Origin: Camelus dromedarius
Taxonomy: Eukaryota
NCBI RefSeq assembly: GCF_036321535.1
Contig: NC_087436.1
Location: forward strand, 26,662,001-26,726,000
Direction of reading: 5' to 3'
Length of the DNA stretch: 64,000 nt
The notes beneath the pieces were generated by a model. It was not told where the DNA came from. It saw only the letters and a list, made by a program, of their open reading frames with translations, and made no database searches. Made by a program: the position numbers and the translations under genes. This document shows, in pieces, positions 1 through 13,029 of this stretch (positions are counted from its first letter, which is position 1; every line of letters begins with the position of its first letter).

Positions 1-807
1 TTGTATGCTTACATTCTCCTGCAGTTTCCAAAATTGTGCTTGTTCATATTTTCATGTTAGGAATTTAATAAATGCAAACTGATTCACTTATTGAATAATG
101 TGTCTTACCTGCCTTAAAAGATGTTGAGAGATCTCTGTGGTTTTTTGTTTTAAGACCAGTTTACTATTGCCAGTAAATCACATGGTTAAGCCACCATCTA
201 TTTCACCCATGAACTGACCTAGCCGTGTCTAAGATAATATTAGATATGTATTGTAATGTTAAAAGATGTTTGTCGGGTTAAATTTGAATTGGATGTAAAT
301 TAAGAGAATTTGAGATGTATAAATCAACACCTACAAATGCCTGTTCACTGCAGAAAATGTCATCCGTGGTAAGACAGATGGAAGATATTTGAGTATGACC
401 TTGGATAACTAACAATCTTCACATGCAAAATATCAGAATCTGGTAATAGTCATGCTTATATACACAAAGTTCTGAAAAAAATGAAGTTAACAAATCATTA
501 TGTTAAGTAATTCTGAATACAATTTTAAAGTCACCACTTTAACTCACCGGTATTCATCTTACTAAAATAATATTTTCTTTACATACCTCATCATGTCATA
601 AGAGATCAGGTAGTTTTAAGAGAAGTAATTATGGACAACAGTGATTGAGCTTCCCTTAAGATTGTCCTGTCAAGGTATTAAGATGTCTTGATCTATGAGA
701 CAGATGGTATTTTAGTCTGAATGTAAGCCAACTTTGAATGGTAGATCAAAGGGAAAAGAACATTCACAAAGTTTTTAATTGAAAAACAACTTAATTTTTT
801 GAAGTTC

Positions 808-1619
808 TATGATGGCTTAGTATTTCTTTACTACTCACAACAATTCTGACACTAAGTGTGTGGTTTTTCTCCTCATATTAAGCAATTTTGATACTAACTA
901 CCTTGAGTTAGTGCAGACCTCATAGGTTAAGGGCTCAATGCCACATGACTACCCTTTACTTTAGACTCCAACCACAATTAGTGGGTCCTAGGGTTACCTA
1001 CATTCTGTGTAACTTGGCTACAAATCGAGGATTCCCAAGACTCTCTCCTCAAGGTTAATAATTTGCTATAACAGCTCACAGAATTCAGGGAAACAATTCA
1101 CTATAACGGTTTATTACAAAGAATACAAATTGGGACCAGCCACATGGACGAGACACATGGAGTTAAATTATGGGGAAAGGGTGCAGAGCTTCCATGTGCT
1201 CTCTGGGCTCACCACCTTCCCAGAACTTCGATGTGTTCAGCAACTCAAAAGCTCTCCAAACCCCATCATTTAGGAGTTTTGTGGAGGCTTCATTAGGTAG
1301 GAATGATTGATGAAATCATTGGCTGCTGGTGATTAAATCAACCTCCAGAGTCCCTTCTTTCCCACAGGTTGGGAGTGGGTCTGAAAGTTCTAACCCTCTA
1401 ATCATTCCTTGGCTTTTCTGACATTCAGCTCCCATCCTCCAAGGGTTACCCTGTCACCTCACTAGCATAAACTCAGATATGGTTGAAAGGAGCTTGTAAT
1501 GAATAACAAAAGACCTGTCATTCAGGAAATTCCAGAAGTTTTAATAACCCTGTACTAGGAACTGGGAAAAATGTTTTTTCTTAAATACATAACTATGTTT
1601 ATTTTTATTATGATGTCAC
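808..1619 (-). mobile_element. MER21-family solo LTR
   Basis: The reverse complement resembles the MER21 consensus (e.g. GGAATTTCCTGAATGACAGG, CTTTTGTTATTCATTACAAGCTCCTTTCAACCATATCTGAGTTTATGCTAGTGAGGTGAC). The ~800 bp length fits. Confidence 0.85.
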
Positions 1620-1674
1620 CATACTGTAGTTATAGTGAAAGATTTTTATTCCTGATTTTTTATAACTATGTATA

Positions 1675-1762
1675 TTCAATTGTTATATATGTATATATAT
1701 ATTGTTATATATATTTTTATATATATATATAATTGTTATATATGTATATTGCATATACATAT
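1675..1762. repeat. (TA)n-rich low-complexity tract with three ATTGTTATATAT units
   Basis: Directly visible. Confidence 0.9.
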
Positions 1763-2167
1763 TAAACCATAGCTATAATAATTAGATATTCAAATATTTA
1801 GGTAAATCTCAGGTTTTGTTTTCAAAGTTTTCCTCTCATATTGGGCATTTTAATCATGAGATACTCATTGTAATCATATCCAACAGCTGTGCCACTAATA
1901 AGCTTTTGAGAAGCTTCTGAAGTTAACCAGTAAGAATCGAAGATTATGTAATTGATTTTTTTTCTTTAAAAATCACACAGATCAATCTCCTGATTGGCCT
2001 AAAATGGAGCCGCAATGTCCCAGCATTGTCTACATCTTGCTAATTCAATGAAATGGATTTTATTTGTATTACACAAATGATGATACTCACTTATCTGAGA
2101 CTTCAGATAAGTCATTTTAAAATTGGACCTCTTTCTAACACATCATTTTGAAATGAAAATTTGATAT

Positions 2168-3186
2168 GAAAGGAAACCATTGACAAAATGAAAAGACAAC
2201 GTACAGAATGGGAGAAACTATTTGCAAATGATATGTCCAGTAAGGGGTTAATATCCAAAATATATGAACCACTCATACAACTAAATATCAAAGAAATAGA
2301 CAACCCAATCAAAAAATAGGCAGAAGACCTGCATAGACATTTTTCCAAAGAAGACATACAGATGGCTGACAGGCACATGAAAAGATGCTCAGCATCACTA
2401 ATTATTAGAGAAATGCAAATCACAACAATGAAATAGCACCTTACACCTGTCAGAATGGCTGTCATCAAAAAGCTGACAAATAACAAATGTTGGAGAGTAT
2501 GTAGAGAAAAGGAAACCCTGTGCACTGTTGGTGGGAATGTAAATTCATGCAGCCACCATGGAAAACAGTATGGAGGTTTCTCAAAAAACTAAAACTAGAA
2601 CTACCACATGATCCAACAATTCCACTCCTGGGTGTTTATCTGGAAAAAAAAAAACTTAATTCAAAAAGATACATGCACCTCAATGTTCACAGAAGCACTA
2701 TTTACAACTGCCAAGATATGGCATACATATATACAATATACACACAATGAAATATTACTCAGACATAAAAAGAATGAAATTCTGCCATTTGCAACAACAT
2801 AGATGTACCTAGGGAATATTGTGTATGCTTAGTGAAATAAGTCAGACAGAAAAAGACAAATACTGTATGGTATCACTATGTGTGAATCTAAAACATAATA
2901 TAAACAAATGTATATACAAAACAGAAACAGAATCATAGAGAAAACAAACTATTGGTTACCACAGGGGAGTGGGAAAGTGGGTGGGGCAAGTTAGGGGTAG
3001 GGGATGAAGAGGTACAAACTACTCTGTATAAATTAGATAAGCAAGAAGAATATAGTCTTTAGCACAGGGTATTATAGCTATTATAATAACTTTTAAGTAT
3101 AAACTGTAAAGAAAAACTAAATCACTATGATGTACACTTGAAACTAATACAATACTGTAAATCAACAATACTTCAATAAAATAAAT
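2168..3186 (+). mobile_element. 5'-truncated LINE-1 (ORF2 C-terminus and 3'UTR), artiodactyl type
   Basis: ORF2 C-terminal motifs ([46 protein letters not shown]). The 3'UTR ends in CTTCAATAAAATAAA. Confidence 0.95.
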
Positions 3187-4101
3187 ACCTAATTTTTAAA
3201 AAGTCATCAAGAAACTTTAACGATGGGGATAGCAAATACATTGATATTGTTATGGTCATATCACTACCCACTACCTTATTTCTTAATTAAATTTTTCTTA
3301 TAAAGGTGATGGCTTACAACCCTTTAAAATCAACACATGTACTTCAGTGCACCCTATATGTCTTTATATGACTTTACTAAGTGAGACTAGTCTTATACAT
3401 CACATATCTTAAATCATGTATTAAAAATGTTATGGAAGGCTAGACCATTCAGGATACCAATTTAATTCCAATAGTCGTTGATTACTTCACTAACAATATC
3501 TGAAGAATTCTATTAAAATTATATGTTTTTGAATTGGTAATGAAGCATCATTTTCTAATCTGCATAAGTTACGCTCATGTGTCAAGTTATTCAACTGATG
3601 AGTCACAAAATGAGTATTATGTTACTTTTATTCTTAATAGCTGAGCACTATTTGTATGTAACTCGTTTGTATGATTGCTAAGATTGGTTATCTAAGATTG
3701 TTGATGTTCCTATAGAGGTGTCTGTCTATAAGATTTGATTGACAGGTACACATGGACAAATCTAGGCAATTAGTAGATTATGATTTTTTAGCTAATAACT
3801 GCTGTGGACATTTGGCTGCTTGTCAAACCATCCATACATTGTTGATGGTTTTTCTGCTGTATGTGAAAAACCTCCATCTTTAATACCCTTTCCTTTTAAC
3901 GTCATTAATGGTTAATAGTTCCTCTTGTTTGCAAATATCATCGCTGATTTTCTAGGTGGGCCTTACTATAGCCTGACAGGAAAAAATGTCTAACATTATA
4001 CTTCCGAAGAACAAGCTTACTCTCTAGAGTTTCAATACTTATTTTTGTTCTTAATGATTCTGCATATAAGGCTGGGCAAACATCAACTGGAACTTAGGGG
4101 C

Positions 4102-4529
4102 TGTCATGGGTTGAAAAAATGTCCTCCAAAATGAGAAGTTACAATCTTAAATCCTGGACCTCTGAATGTAACTAAACTTGGAAATAGGGTCTTTGCAGAT
4201 GTAGTCAAATTAGAATGAGGTCATTAGGGTGGTCCCTAATCCAATGTAACTGGTCTACTTGGAAGAAGGGAGAGGAACACAGTCTGATGACAGAGGCAGA
4301 GACTGGAGAGATGCAGCTGGAAGCTACTGAATACAAAGGATTGCTGGTCACAACCAGAGGCTAGGAAGAGGCAAGGAACAATTCTACCCAGAGTCTCAGA
4401 GGGAGCATGGCTCTGCTGACACCTTGATTTCAGACTTCTAGCTGCCAGAACTGTGAAACCATAAATTTTGATATTTTAAGCCCCCCAGTTGGTATTACCT
4501 TGTAATAGCAGCCCTAGGAAATTAATACA
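4102..4529 (+). mobile_element. MaLR solo LTR, MLT1B/C-like
   Basis: TG...CA ends. Hallmarks GGAAATAGGGTCTTTGCAGATGTA, CTGCTGACACCTTGATTTCAGACTTCTAG and GCAGCCCTAGGAAATTAATACA. Confidence 0.92.
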
Positions 4530-5355
4530 GAAGCCAAATGCATTGGCATCATTAACTTTGAATCAACGACATGATGAGCTTAAACTGCCTGGAAACAATA
4601 AAATCCAAGACATAAGTTTCTCAAATTATGTACCAAATTAACTTTCAAGAATAAACTAACGTTAACACACTTATTATATTTACTGAGTGTATTGGTTCAT
4701 TCCTATGCTAGGGGACAGAAAGACGGCCAAGGAGGAGAGCAAAGGGAGTATAAAGAAAAAGATTTAGTCATTCTCTTAATGAGCTAAGAACTTAAAGGAT
4801 ACTAGACATCTAAATTGTTAAATCTTGTACACTTCAGAAGTACATAGTTGCTAAACAATACTCAACTGAGGAGTTTAATGTAAAATGAATGTAGTATAAG
4901 TAAGATTTCAAAAGGCAAAAAAAAAAAGGTCATAAAGTTGTCCAAATTAGTGTAAAACACTGGCACAAGCTAAAGGGACATATTTTGAAAATAAATGACA
5001 TTCTTTGGAAATGATAAGAATATTAGTGTATTTCAGACATACATACATGTGTGCATATGTGTGTGATTCATTTTCTCTGAAGAATTCGATCTCTGATATA
5101 TACATGTCATAAATGGCACACCTATACACCAAATTTGTTCATTTGGATACATTAAAAAAGGGGGAATGAGAGAAACAAACACTATTGATATATATCCATG
5201 TATGTTGTTCTGGGTGAGGACTTCTTAGACAATATGGTCCAACAGTATATGTAGAGTCTCTAAAATATTGCAGAAGATGCAAGAGCATATGTTCAAAAGC
5301 CTGCCTGTTGTAGATGGAGTCTTTGGAGTAGCATAATCTGATTCTGTTTTATTAA

Positions 5356-5814
5356 TGTCATTTCAGTTAACTATTACCACCGTTGTGCTGCTCAGTGGCA
5401 TATGGCAGTGAGAGTTTACGGCTCTTGTGTCTGAAGTCAAATAGATAGGCAAGGCGCTGATGATCTTGGCTGCACTTGTTCACATGTCTTGAGATCAGCG
5501 ATCTGTTGGTTGATATAGGCTGGCCTCAGATTCTGTTCTCCTGTCACCCATCTTCTACCTGGCTACCCACCCCCAATCCTATTATCATAGTGAAGGTGGA
5601 TGCATAAGAGTACAAATGGGAACCACACAATCCTTGAAGCCTGGGCTTAGAACTGGCACACCATCATTTTTGCCTCAATCACTTATCTAAGACAAACAAA
5701 GGGTACCACAACACAATACTTAGGGATAAAAACTCTACCTTACCATGAGAAACTGCAGCACAGCATGACAAAGGGCAGATATAAGGAAATAAGGTCATCA
5801 TTGCTATCCACCAA
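5356..5814 (-). mobile_element. Old MaLR LTR, MLT1G/H-like
   Basis: Contains GGCTTAGAACTGGCACACCATCA, CACATGTCT and CATGACAAAGGGCAGATA, typical of antisense MLT1G/H. Confidence 0.7.
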
Positions 5815-5920
5815 ATATTCAGTTAACTTTACAATTACTCCTTGGAGTCCCTCTTACAATCTTATTTTGTTTCTCTGTAATTTATATATGATTTTAGTTG
5901 TCTAAAATCTATGATGATAA

Positions 5921-6397
5921 TACCCCTAACTTGCCCCACCACTCCCCTCTGGTACCTCTAGTTTATTTTCTGTATCTGTGAGTCTGTTTCTGTTTTGCAT
6001 ATATATTTGTTTATATTATTTTTTAGATTCACCCATAAGTGATATCATACAGTATTTGCCTTTTTCTGTCTGACTTATTTCACTAAGTATACATAATATT
6101 CTCTAGATCTGTCCACTTTGCTGCAAATGGCAGAATTTCATTCTTTTTTTATGGCCAAGTAATAGTCTATTATATATATATGTGTGTGTGTATACAAATT
6201 AAGGGTATGGCACTAAGAGGTACAAGCTACTATGTATAAAATAGATAAGCAAGAAGGATATATTCTTTAGAACAAGGAATTATAGCTGTTACCTTATAAT
6301 AGTTTTTAATGGAGTAAAAACTGTAAAAATACTGAATCACTATGCTGTATACCTGAAACTAATGTAATATTGTAAATCAACTATACCTCAATAAAAA
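5921..6397 (+). mobile_element. 5'-inverted LINE-1 3' end (5921-6194 inverted, 6195-6397 sense)
   Basis: An antisense 3'UTR segment is followed by the adjoining sense 3'UTR segment, which ends in AATAAA (6390-6395) and an A-run. Confidence 0.9.
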
Positions 6398-6682
6398 ATT
6401 TTTTTAAACCTAAAGAAGAACACCTGTGGTAATAAAACTTGAAATTTTAGCAAACAGGCATTATTTAGGAAAATGTCAATGTAATCTTAGAAACATCTGT
6501 CTAATGAGCAATTTGAAAAACAGATATGAGTTTAAGAAAAGGCACATTGGTATAAACACCAGGAAAAGTGATGAATCAAATAAGAGATCAAGGGTAAAAA
6601 CAGACTTAGTAGAACTGCAGATTGCTATAGCTGAGCTGCTTTGTTTTTCAGTTGTGATTGTTGTTGTGGAGCCAAGACTAAT

Positions 6683-8060
6683 ACATTTTTGTCTTTTTCC
6701 TAAATTTAGTGGGAAGGCTTTTAGCTTTTCACCATTGAGTATTTTTTGGCTGTGAGTTTGTTGTAAGCGGCCTTTATTAAGTTGAGATATGTTCCCTCTA
6801 TACTCACTTTGATGATAGTTTTTAATCATGAACGAATACGGAGTTTTGTCAAGTGCCTTTTCTATGGAAAATGAGATGATCGTGTGATTTTTATCCTCCA
6901 TTTGGTTAATGAAGTGTATCACATTGACTGATTTGTGAATGTTGAACCAACCTTGTGTTCCTGGAATAAATCCAACTAGATCATGGTTTTTGGCCAATTG
7001 TTGGATTCAGTTTACTAATAGTTTGTTGAAGATCTCTGCATGTATATTCAAATATATTGGCCTGTAATTTTGTTTTTGTAGTGTCTTTGACTGGTTTTTG
7101 GTATTAGGGTAATGGTGCCCTTATCGAATGAATTTAGGATTGTTCTGCTCTCTTCAATTTTTTAGAATAGTTTGAAAAGGATAGGAATTAGTTCTTCTTT
7201 ATATGTTTGGTAGAATTCCCCCTTGAAGCCCTCCAATCCTGGACTTTCATTTGCTGGGAGTTTTGTTTGTTTGTTTGTTTGTTTTTTAATTCAATTTCAC
7301 TATGAGTGATCAGTCAGTTCAAAGAGTCTGTTTCTTCTTGGTTCAGTCATGGCAGACGGTATGTTTCTAGAAATTTATTCATTTCTTCCAAGTTGTTCAA
7401 TTTGTTGGCATATAACTGTTCACAGTGGTCTCATGATTTTTTGTATTTCTGTGATAACAGTTGTTATTTCTCCTCTCTCATTTCTTATTTTGTTCATTTG
7501 GGTCCTCTCTCTTTTCTTCCTGGTGAGCCTGGCTAAATGTTTTATCAATTTTGTTTATCCTTTCAAAAAACCAGCTCTTGGTTTTATTGATCTTTTGTTA
7601 TTTTTGACTTTAATTGAATTTATATTTATTCTAGTCTTCATTATTTCCTTCTTTCTGCTGACGTTTGGGTTTTTTTTTTTTTTCTTTCCACTTTTCTAAT
7701 TCCTTTAGGTGATAGATTAAGTTGTTATTTAAGATTTTTCTTCTTTCTTGAGGAAGGCCTGTATTGCTGTAAACTTCCTTCTTAGAACTGCTTTTTGCTG
7801 CATCCTATAGACTTTGGAGTTCTGTGTTTCCATTTTCTTTTGTTTCAAGGTATTGTCTGATTTCCTCTTTGATTTCTTCATTGACCTACTGGATTTTTTA
7901 GTAGCACGTTGTTCAGTCTCCAAGTGTTTGTTCTTTTCCTGTTTTTCTTTCTGTAATTGATTTTTAGTTTCATACCATTGTGGTCAGAAAAATGCTTGAC
8001 GTAATTTTCATCCTTTTAAATTTATTGAGACTTTTTTGGTGGCCTACCGTGTGACCTACC
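6683..8060 (-). mobile_element. LINE-1 ORF2 internal fragment (endonuclease end to RT start), disrupted
   Basis: Minus-strand peptides GFIPGTQGWFNIHKSVNVIH, ILNGEKLKAFPL and KAVLRRKFTAIQAFLKKEEKS, with frameshifts and stops. Confidence 0.95.
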
Positions 8061-8699
8061 ACAAGTATTCCTGAGTTTTTGTTTTGTTTTGTTTTTAGAA
8101 AAGGGAATGCACATATTATACACCATTTTATATCAAATTTGGTCAACTCAGGATTAATTATTCTGATTATAACATTCCAATAATTGTAGAACCATTAACT
8201 GATAATGGCTTTTGGAAGTAACCTTTTTTTCCCAAATTAAAAAAGATGCAAAATGAAGATTAAAAAATATTTTCCCAAACTAAATCCCTTCCACTTCCAG
8301 CTCCTTAAAAGTAATTATTTATAGCATCCATTCATTCACTGATTAAAACAGTATTTTTAAGGTCTCACTACATGCCATGCACTTCACAGATGATCAGTAA
8401 TCGTAGGCACAAGCAGCTTTCTATTTTCTTTTCATGCTCCGCATACAGGTGGTTTCAGAAATGACCAACCCATTTTTTGAACTTGCTGCTTATGATCTTT
8501 TAATTATGTGCTTTTCTTTTCTCAAAGTTTTCTGCTCTTTTTCTTTAATAAACCACATCAAAATATTTAGCTGTTCTTCCTCATTACCTCATCAGTTCAT
8601 AGTGCAGTGCTAAGAATACAGTGTATCCAGCAAACAATAAATGAGCACTTGAACTATGATAATAAGTAATTGTTTACATGCTGCTCTTTTCCTTTATAC

Positions 8700-8806
8700 C
8701 AGGGCTGAAAGCAGGAACTTTGTCTTTCATTTCTGTATAGTTTTCAGTTTCTAGCTCAGTATATCATACGTAGTCATCATTTAATAAATGTTTGATAAAT
8801 AAATGA
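8700..8806 (+). mobile_element. L2 3'-end fragment
   Basis: GCAGGAACTTTGTCT ... TAATAAATGTTTGATAAATAAATGA resembles the L2 tail. Confidence 0.6.
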
Positions 8807-9267
8807 CTAAATATAAGAATTTCACAGAAGCAGAATAAAATGCATTTGTTTAGTTGTGTAAAATTTCTGATTTTAAAAGCTGTACATCCTCAAAGGAAAA
8901 ATAAAAACAAAAACAAAAATAACTGCACTTTTTGCTGAAATCTACAACATACTGTGAATGAGATCAGAGATTCTGGAATCAAACCGCGTCGAATTTAATA
9001 GTGTTTTCTCACTTTGTCATTCACTTCATTAAGAAAATTACTGAGTTCCGACTCATATATACTTTTAGACACTAGGATATACCAATGGAAAAAATAAAAA
9101 GAAAAATTATGTTTACCTTCCTAAAGATCCTATTAGAGTAGAAAACAATATCTATCTACAGATTTTTTTTTTGCTAGTATTAAGTTTAATAATATACATG
9201 GAAGATTAGGTTTATTGTTATTATTAATACTTGCAAATTATATTTACTATTTTTCTAATATTTTGAT

Positions 9268-9395
9268 AAATCTCACAAAACCCCTGAAAGGTAGGTATAA
9301 ATTTTGGGGTTTTTTAATTAATTAGGCAATAGGGTTAGAGAAATTAAGACTTTCATCCAAGGTAATCTGCTGTTCAACAGATTTAAATCCTGACC
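9268..9395 (-). mobile_element. MIR fragment
   Basis: AATCTCACAAAACCCCTGAAAGGTAGGTA ... TTAGAGAAATTAAG ... CCAAGGT ... GATTTAAATCC. Confidence 0.6.
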
Positions 9396-12300
9396 TTATC
9401 ATTTCACTTCACTTATAGAACATTCCTCATTTGTTTCTCTACATTTTTTGTCTTGCTGTCCTCTCATTTGTGCTCAAATTTGTTTATTTAAAGCTCTAAG
9501 AAGATGTCAATGATAGAAACTTGTTTACTTAATAACTGAGAGATTCCTAAATCTACTTGACCTTTTATCCGTTGACAACTCCTCACATACTTTGGAACAC
9601 ATAAAGGTATCTGTCTAACACAAAATTTCTCTCAATGAGGTGCTGAAAGTTTCCACCCAGTCAAAATCCTCTGTCTCCTTCATTCCCTGGAGCACCACCT
9701 CACAAATATTATTTGTGCTAAGCAATGGAAACAATCTTCAAAAAAACCAATTTGTTGCATTTTCCCTAAATGAGATTTCATTTAGGGATAATATATGTAA
9801 GAAAATATACGTAAAGAAAAGAGAAAACTGAACATCCTGTTTATTACCAGAGGAACATGGCAATGAAATAACAAAAACAAAACTAAAAAACAACTGAATC
9901 CACTTTTGATGTTTAATTTTCTCCCCTGACCCATTTTTTCTGGTTGTGGGGGTACAAGCACATCTGGTCTGTGACAATGAAGTTAAGAGCTACTATGTGT
10001 TGAGTAGACTAGTGTAGTAACAGCTTCTCACTAACAAGTGTACACTAAGTTACTCCCTGGAAGGGTATGCAATAGTACATGCTATTTAGAAGGAAGTTTC
10101 AGATACACCTCCCTCTTGATATTTTGTGTTTTGTCTGGCATTCTCTTTCATCTATATGAGCCATTTTTATTTTAAGTCAGAAAATCAGGATTAGGGAAGT
10201 ACTAAAGGCTTACTCGTTCCCCCTCATTCTGAAGTGTAGATAGTCTAGGTTCCTTCCCAATCATAAGCAAAGAATGGAAGGAATTATACATCCATGTGAA
10301 AATATCAAAGTGCAATTTTACTTTTTAGATTATATCTTAATAGAATTATTACTTGATGATAACACATAAAATAGTTATACATGCAAACTGACATGTTCAA
10401 CAACCTGCTTTTATATCTAGAAGTCGATTATGTAACAGAAACCTGCCAAATATTGTCCCATTATTAAAATAACTTTGCAGGATAAGAGGATAAGAACCAT
10501 TGTCAATCAAGTCATTCTGTACTAAGAAAACTATGGGCTGTTAATATCTCACCAACTAGTGCAAGCAATGAGTATTACTACCTGTTGCTTCTGATAAGCA
10601 AATGACAGTTTGAGATCCACAGTTCTCTTGTTTGGCAGAAATAAAGACTAGAACCTATTGTAGAAATTAGCTGAGATTATTGGTGATAGATTGATTAGAA
10701 TAGTTGAAATATATTAGTTGGAACTGAAATTCAATTCTCAACTTCGGTGGTCCCCTCAGATGGTTAGGGGGAGTGAAAATACATCTGTTACTCTAGCACC
10801 TGCTGACAAATCTCCATTGGTTGTTCTGCATCCAAAGTATAGGAGGTGGCTCCAAGACTCTGCAAGATAGTTTGCCGTGGGAAGCCCAGTTTTATACTTC
10901 TCCCTATTTATTTCTGAAAGAATAGTCGTTTCGGTCACTCGATGCCATGCCGCTTTTGATTTGGACAGCCATGTAATTTGCAACATTAATTTAGGATTTT
11001 ATAAACATCTCAAAGTTTTTCCTTTTATAGTATCTACTATTCTGTTTGGTTTGCAATGTAAGGTCAATAGCACGTTATATTAATTTAACTCACTAAAATT
11101 CCGTTTGAGCTAATACATGAAACCTTTTGCTATCTTTGTCTTAAGAGGAAATGTGATGAAAGCTTACATTTTTACACAACCTATAAAACAACTTGTCATA
11201 TAATTAAAGATGATATGGCTCAATTATGTGGTCGCAGAGGTAATAAAAGAGAGCATTGTAATATTTCTTTTATATGAAAAATAAGCTTCTCTGAGGTATG
11301 TGAAGCTAAATCCAAAGTATTCACAAGTAAGTATCTGGGGTGACTTCAAATTGAAATTCAGTATCAGATGGTGACTGAATGTTAAGAGAGCTACCCTACA
11401 AGGAACTATATTTTAATAGTTGGAAATATCGCCTTAAGTCAAATATTAAGTAATAAAAGAATGGTCAGTACAAAGGAAATTCTACATCCTTACTAATTTT
11501 GTGGAACCAGAGATACGGTTACTTTTCATGACATAGTTAAAAATCTCTGAAGACAGGAAATTTCTACTCAGTTTTGGTCTTTACTTCCCTCCATGCACTT
11601 CATGAGGTCTCTTCTGAAGAAGCTGACAGTGGCTATGACTTTATATAGGATGAAGTTTGTTACAATGTATTCACTTTAACTGTTCTGACAGTTTAATAAC
11701 TAGGTGGCATTTCTTTTTGGTTATGTAACGTTGAACAATAACTACCGCTGAACGTTTGCATTTGAGACATCGCATTAAAAGAAAAGATATGCCTCAGGGC
11801 AGTTTGTAATAATGCCACAGTCAAAGGCAGAATCAGAGAGGAAGAACTGATCTGACAACTTTTCATTTCAGGTGAAAAACTAAATATATTCATGTTACTT
11901 CAGTGATATAGGTAGATCCAATTTGGGATCAAACTGCAGAGCATGCATAATGTAGATTTTTAGTGATTGGAGTGCGTGTGGTGCAAACGTGGAGAAACGC
12001 TTTGTGAAAGGATAAGAGAGGTCCCTAGAGAAAGTCATATTTTTAGAAAGAAAACACCTCCATTCGCTGTGAGACTTTAGTCAGTTTCATAAAACCTAAG
12101 AATGAATTGACTAGAAGTGGTATTATACCAAACTGGTATTTGTTTTGTTTTGTTTTGCAGAAAATAATGAAATGGTTTTCTCATCTCCTTCTTTCTTTTA
12201 TTAATACATTTATATATTTATAGGAAAGTATTGGCATAGAGATGGTGGTTTATAAATAAACATTGAAAAAGAATTCTGGAAGATGGAAATCCTTATGTAA

Positions 12301-13029
12301 AATGCATGAAAATATTTGCTAAGTTTTGGTGGGTTCGACTTCCATATTCCATTCTGTATTACTATTAGGACTTTAATTTTCCCCTAGAATAGCTGCATCA
12401 ACACAATGATTTAGCATGAATTGTGTAGTCTACTGCAAGTACCGCAGAACAAGTGCTTTCCCTATCAACATGTCCAATGGGTACCTTAAATTCTTTTTAA
12501 TCACCTATTAAACAGTTAATAATTGTAATGTAAAGGTTAGATATACATTTTCAAATAGTATTTTCCTTATATGCTGCCTATAAGATGTCTTCTCCATCCT
12601 GGAAAAGCATAACTTTGTGATTTCCATGGTTAATTTAATCAAATAGTCCTCTACCACACCAAACAATGAGAATAAAAACCAGACCCCTAACAAACCCTAA
12701 CTTTGATGTTTAACATCTTTAATTTGAAGTTTTAGAGTTTAAAAATTATGCGTTACTTTAAAACTGCCAGACTCAAACTCTGCTGCATTCGACTTTCTCT
12801 ATTTCAGGTAATTTGGTTGAAAATGCATTTTTGTGCAAAAGAATATCCTTAGTAGTCTGCCTTTCATGTAAGAAAGGAAGAGATGTAAGAAGGCGTTGAA
12901 TATATATAATATTGAATATACTATAAGTAAAAAATACTAAAGGAAAAATAATTATCTGCCAGTTTTGTACTCTATTTAGTAGATTTGTTTTTCACAGAGT
13001 TTTAGGATAACAATTCTGACACTGCTTTA

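Noticed and set aside
2112..2525. 137-aa hydrophobic ORF (also 52488-52970, 7349-7699, 52220-52462, 38491-38739, 61977-62372)
   Set aside because: These are antisense frames of L1 sequence. They look like membrane proteins only because L1 is A-rich.
6476..6997. 173-aa ORF with reverse-transcriptase-like motifs
   Set aside because: It is a frameshifted L1 ORF2 fragment that runs off into flanking DNA, not an intact RT.
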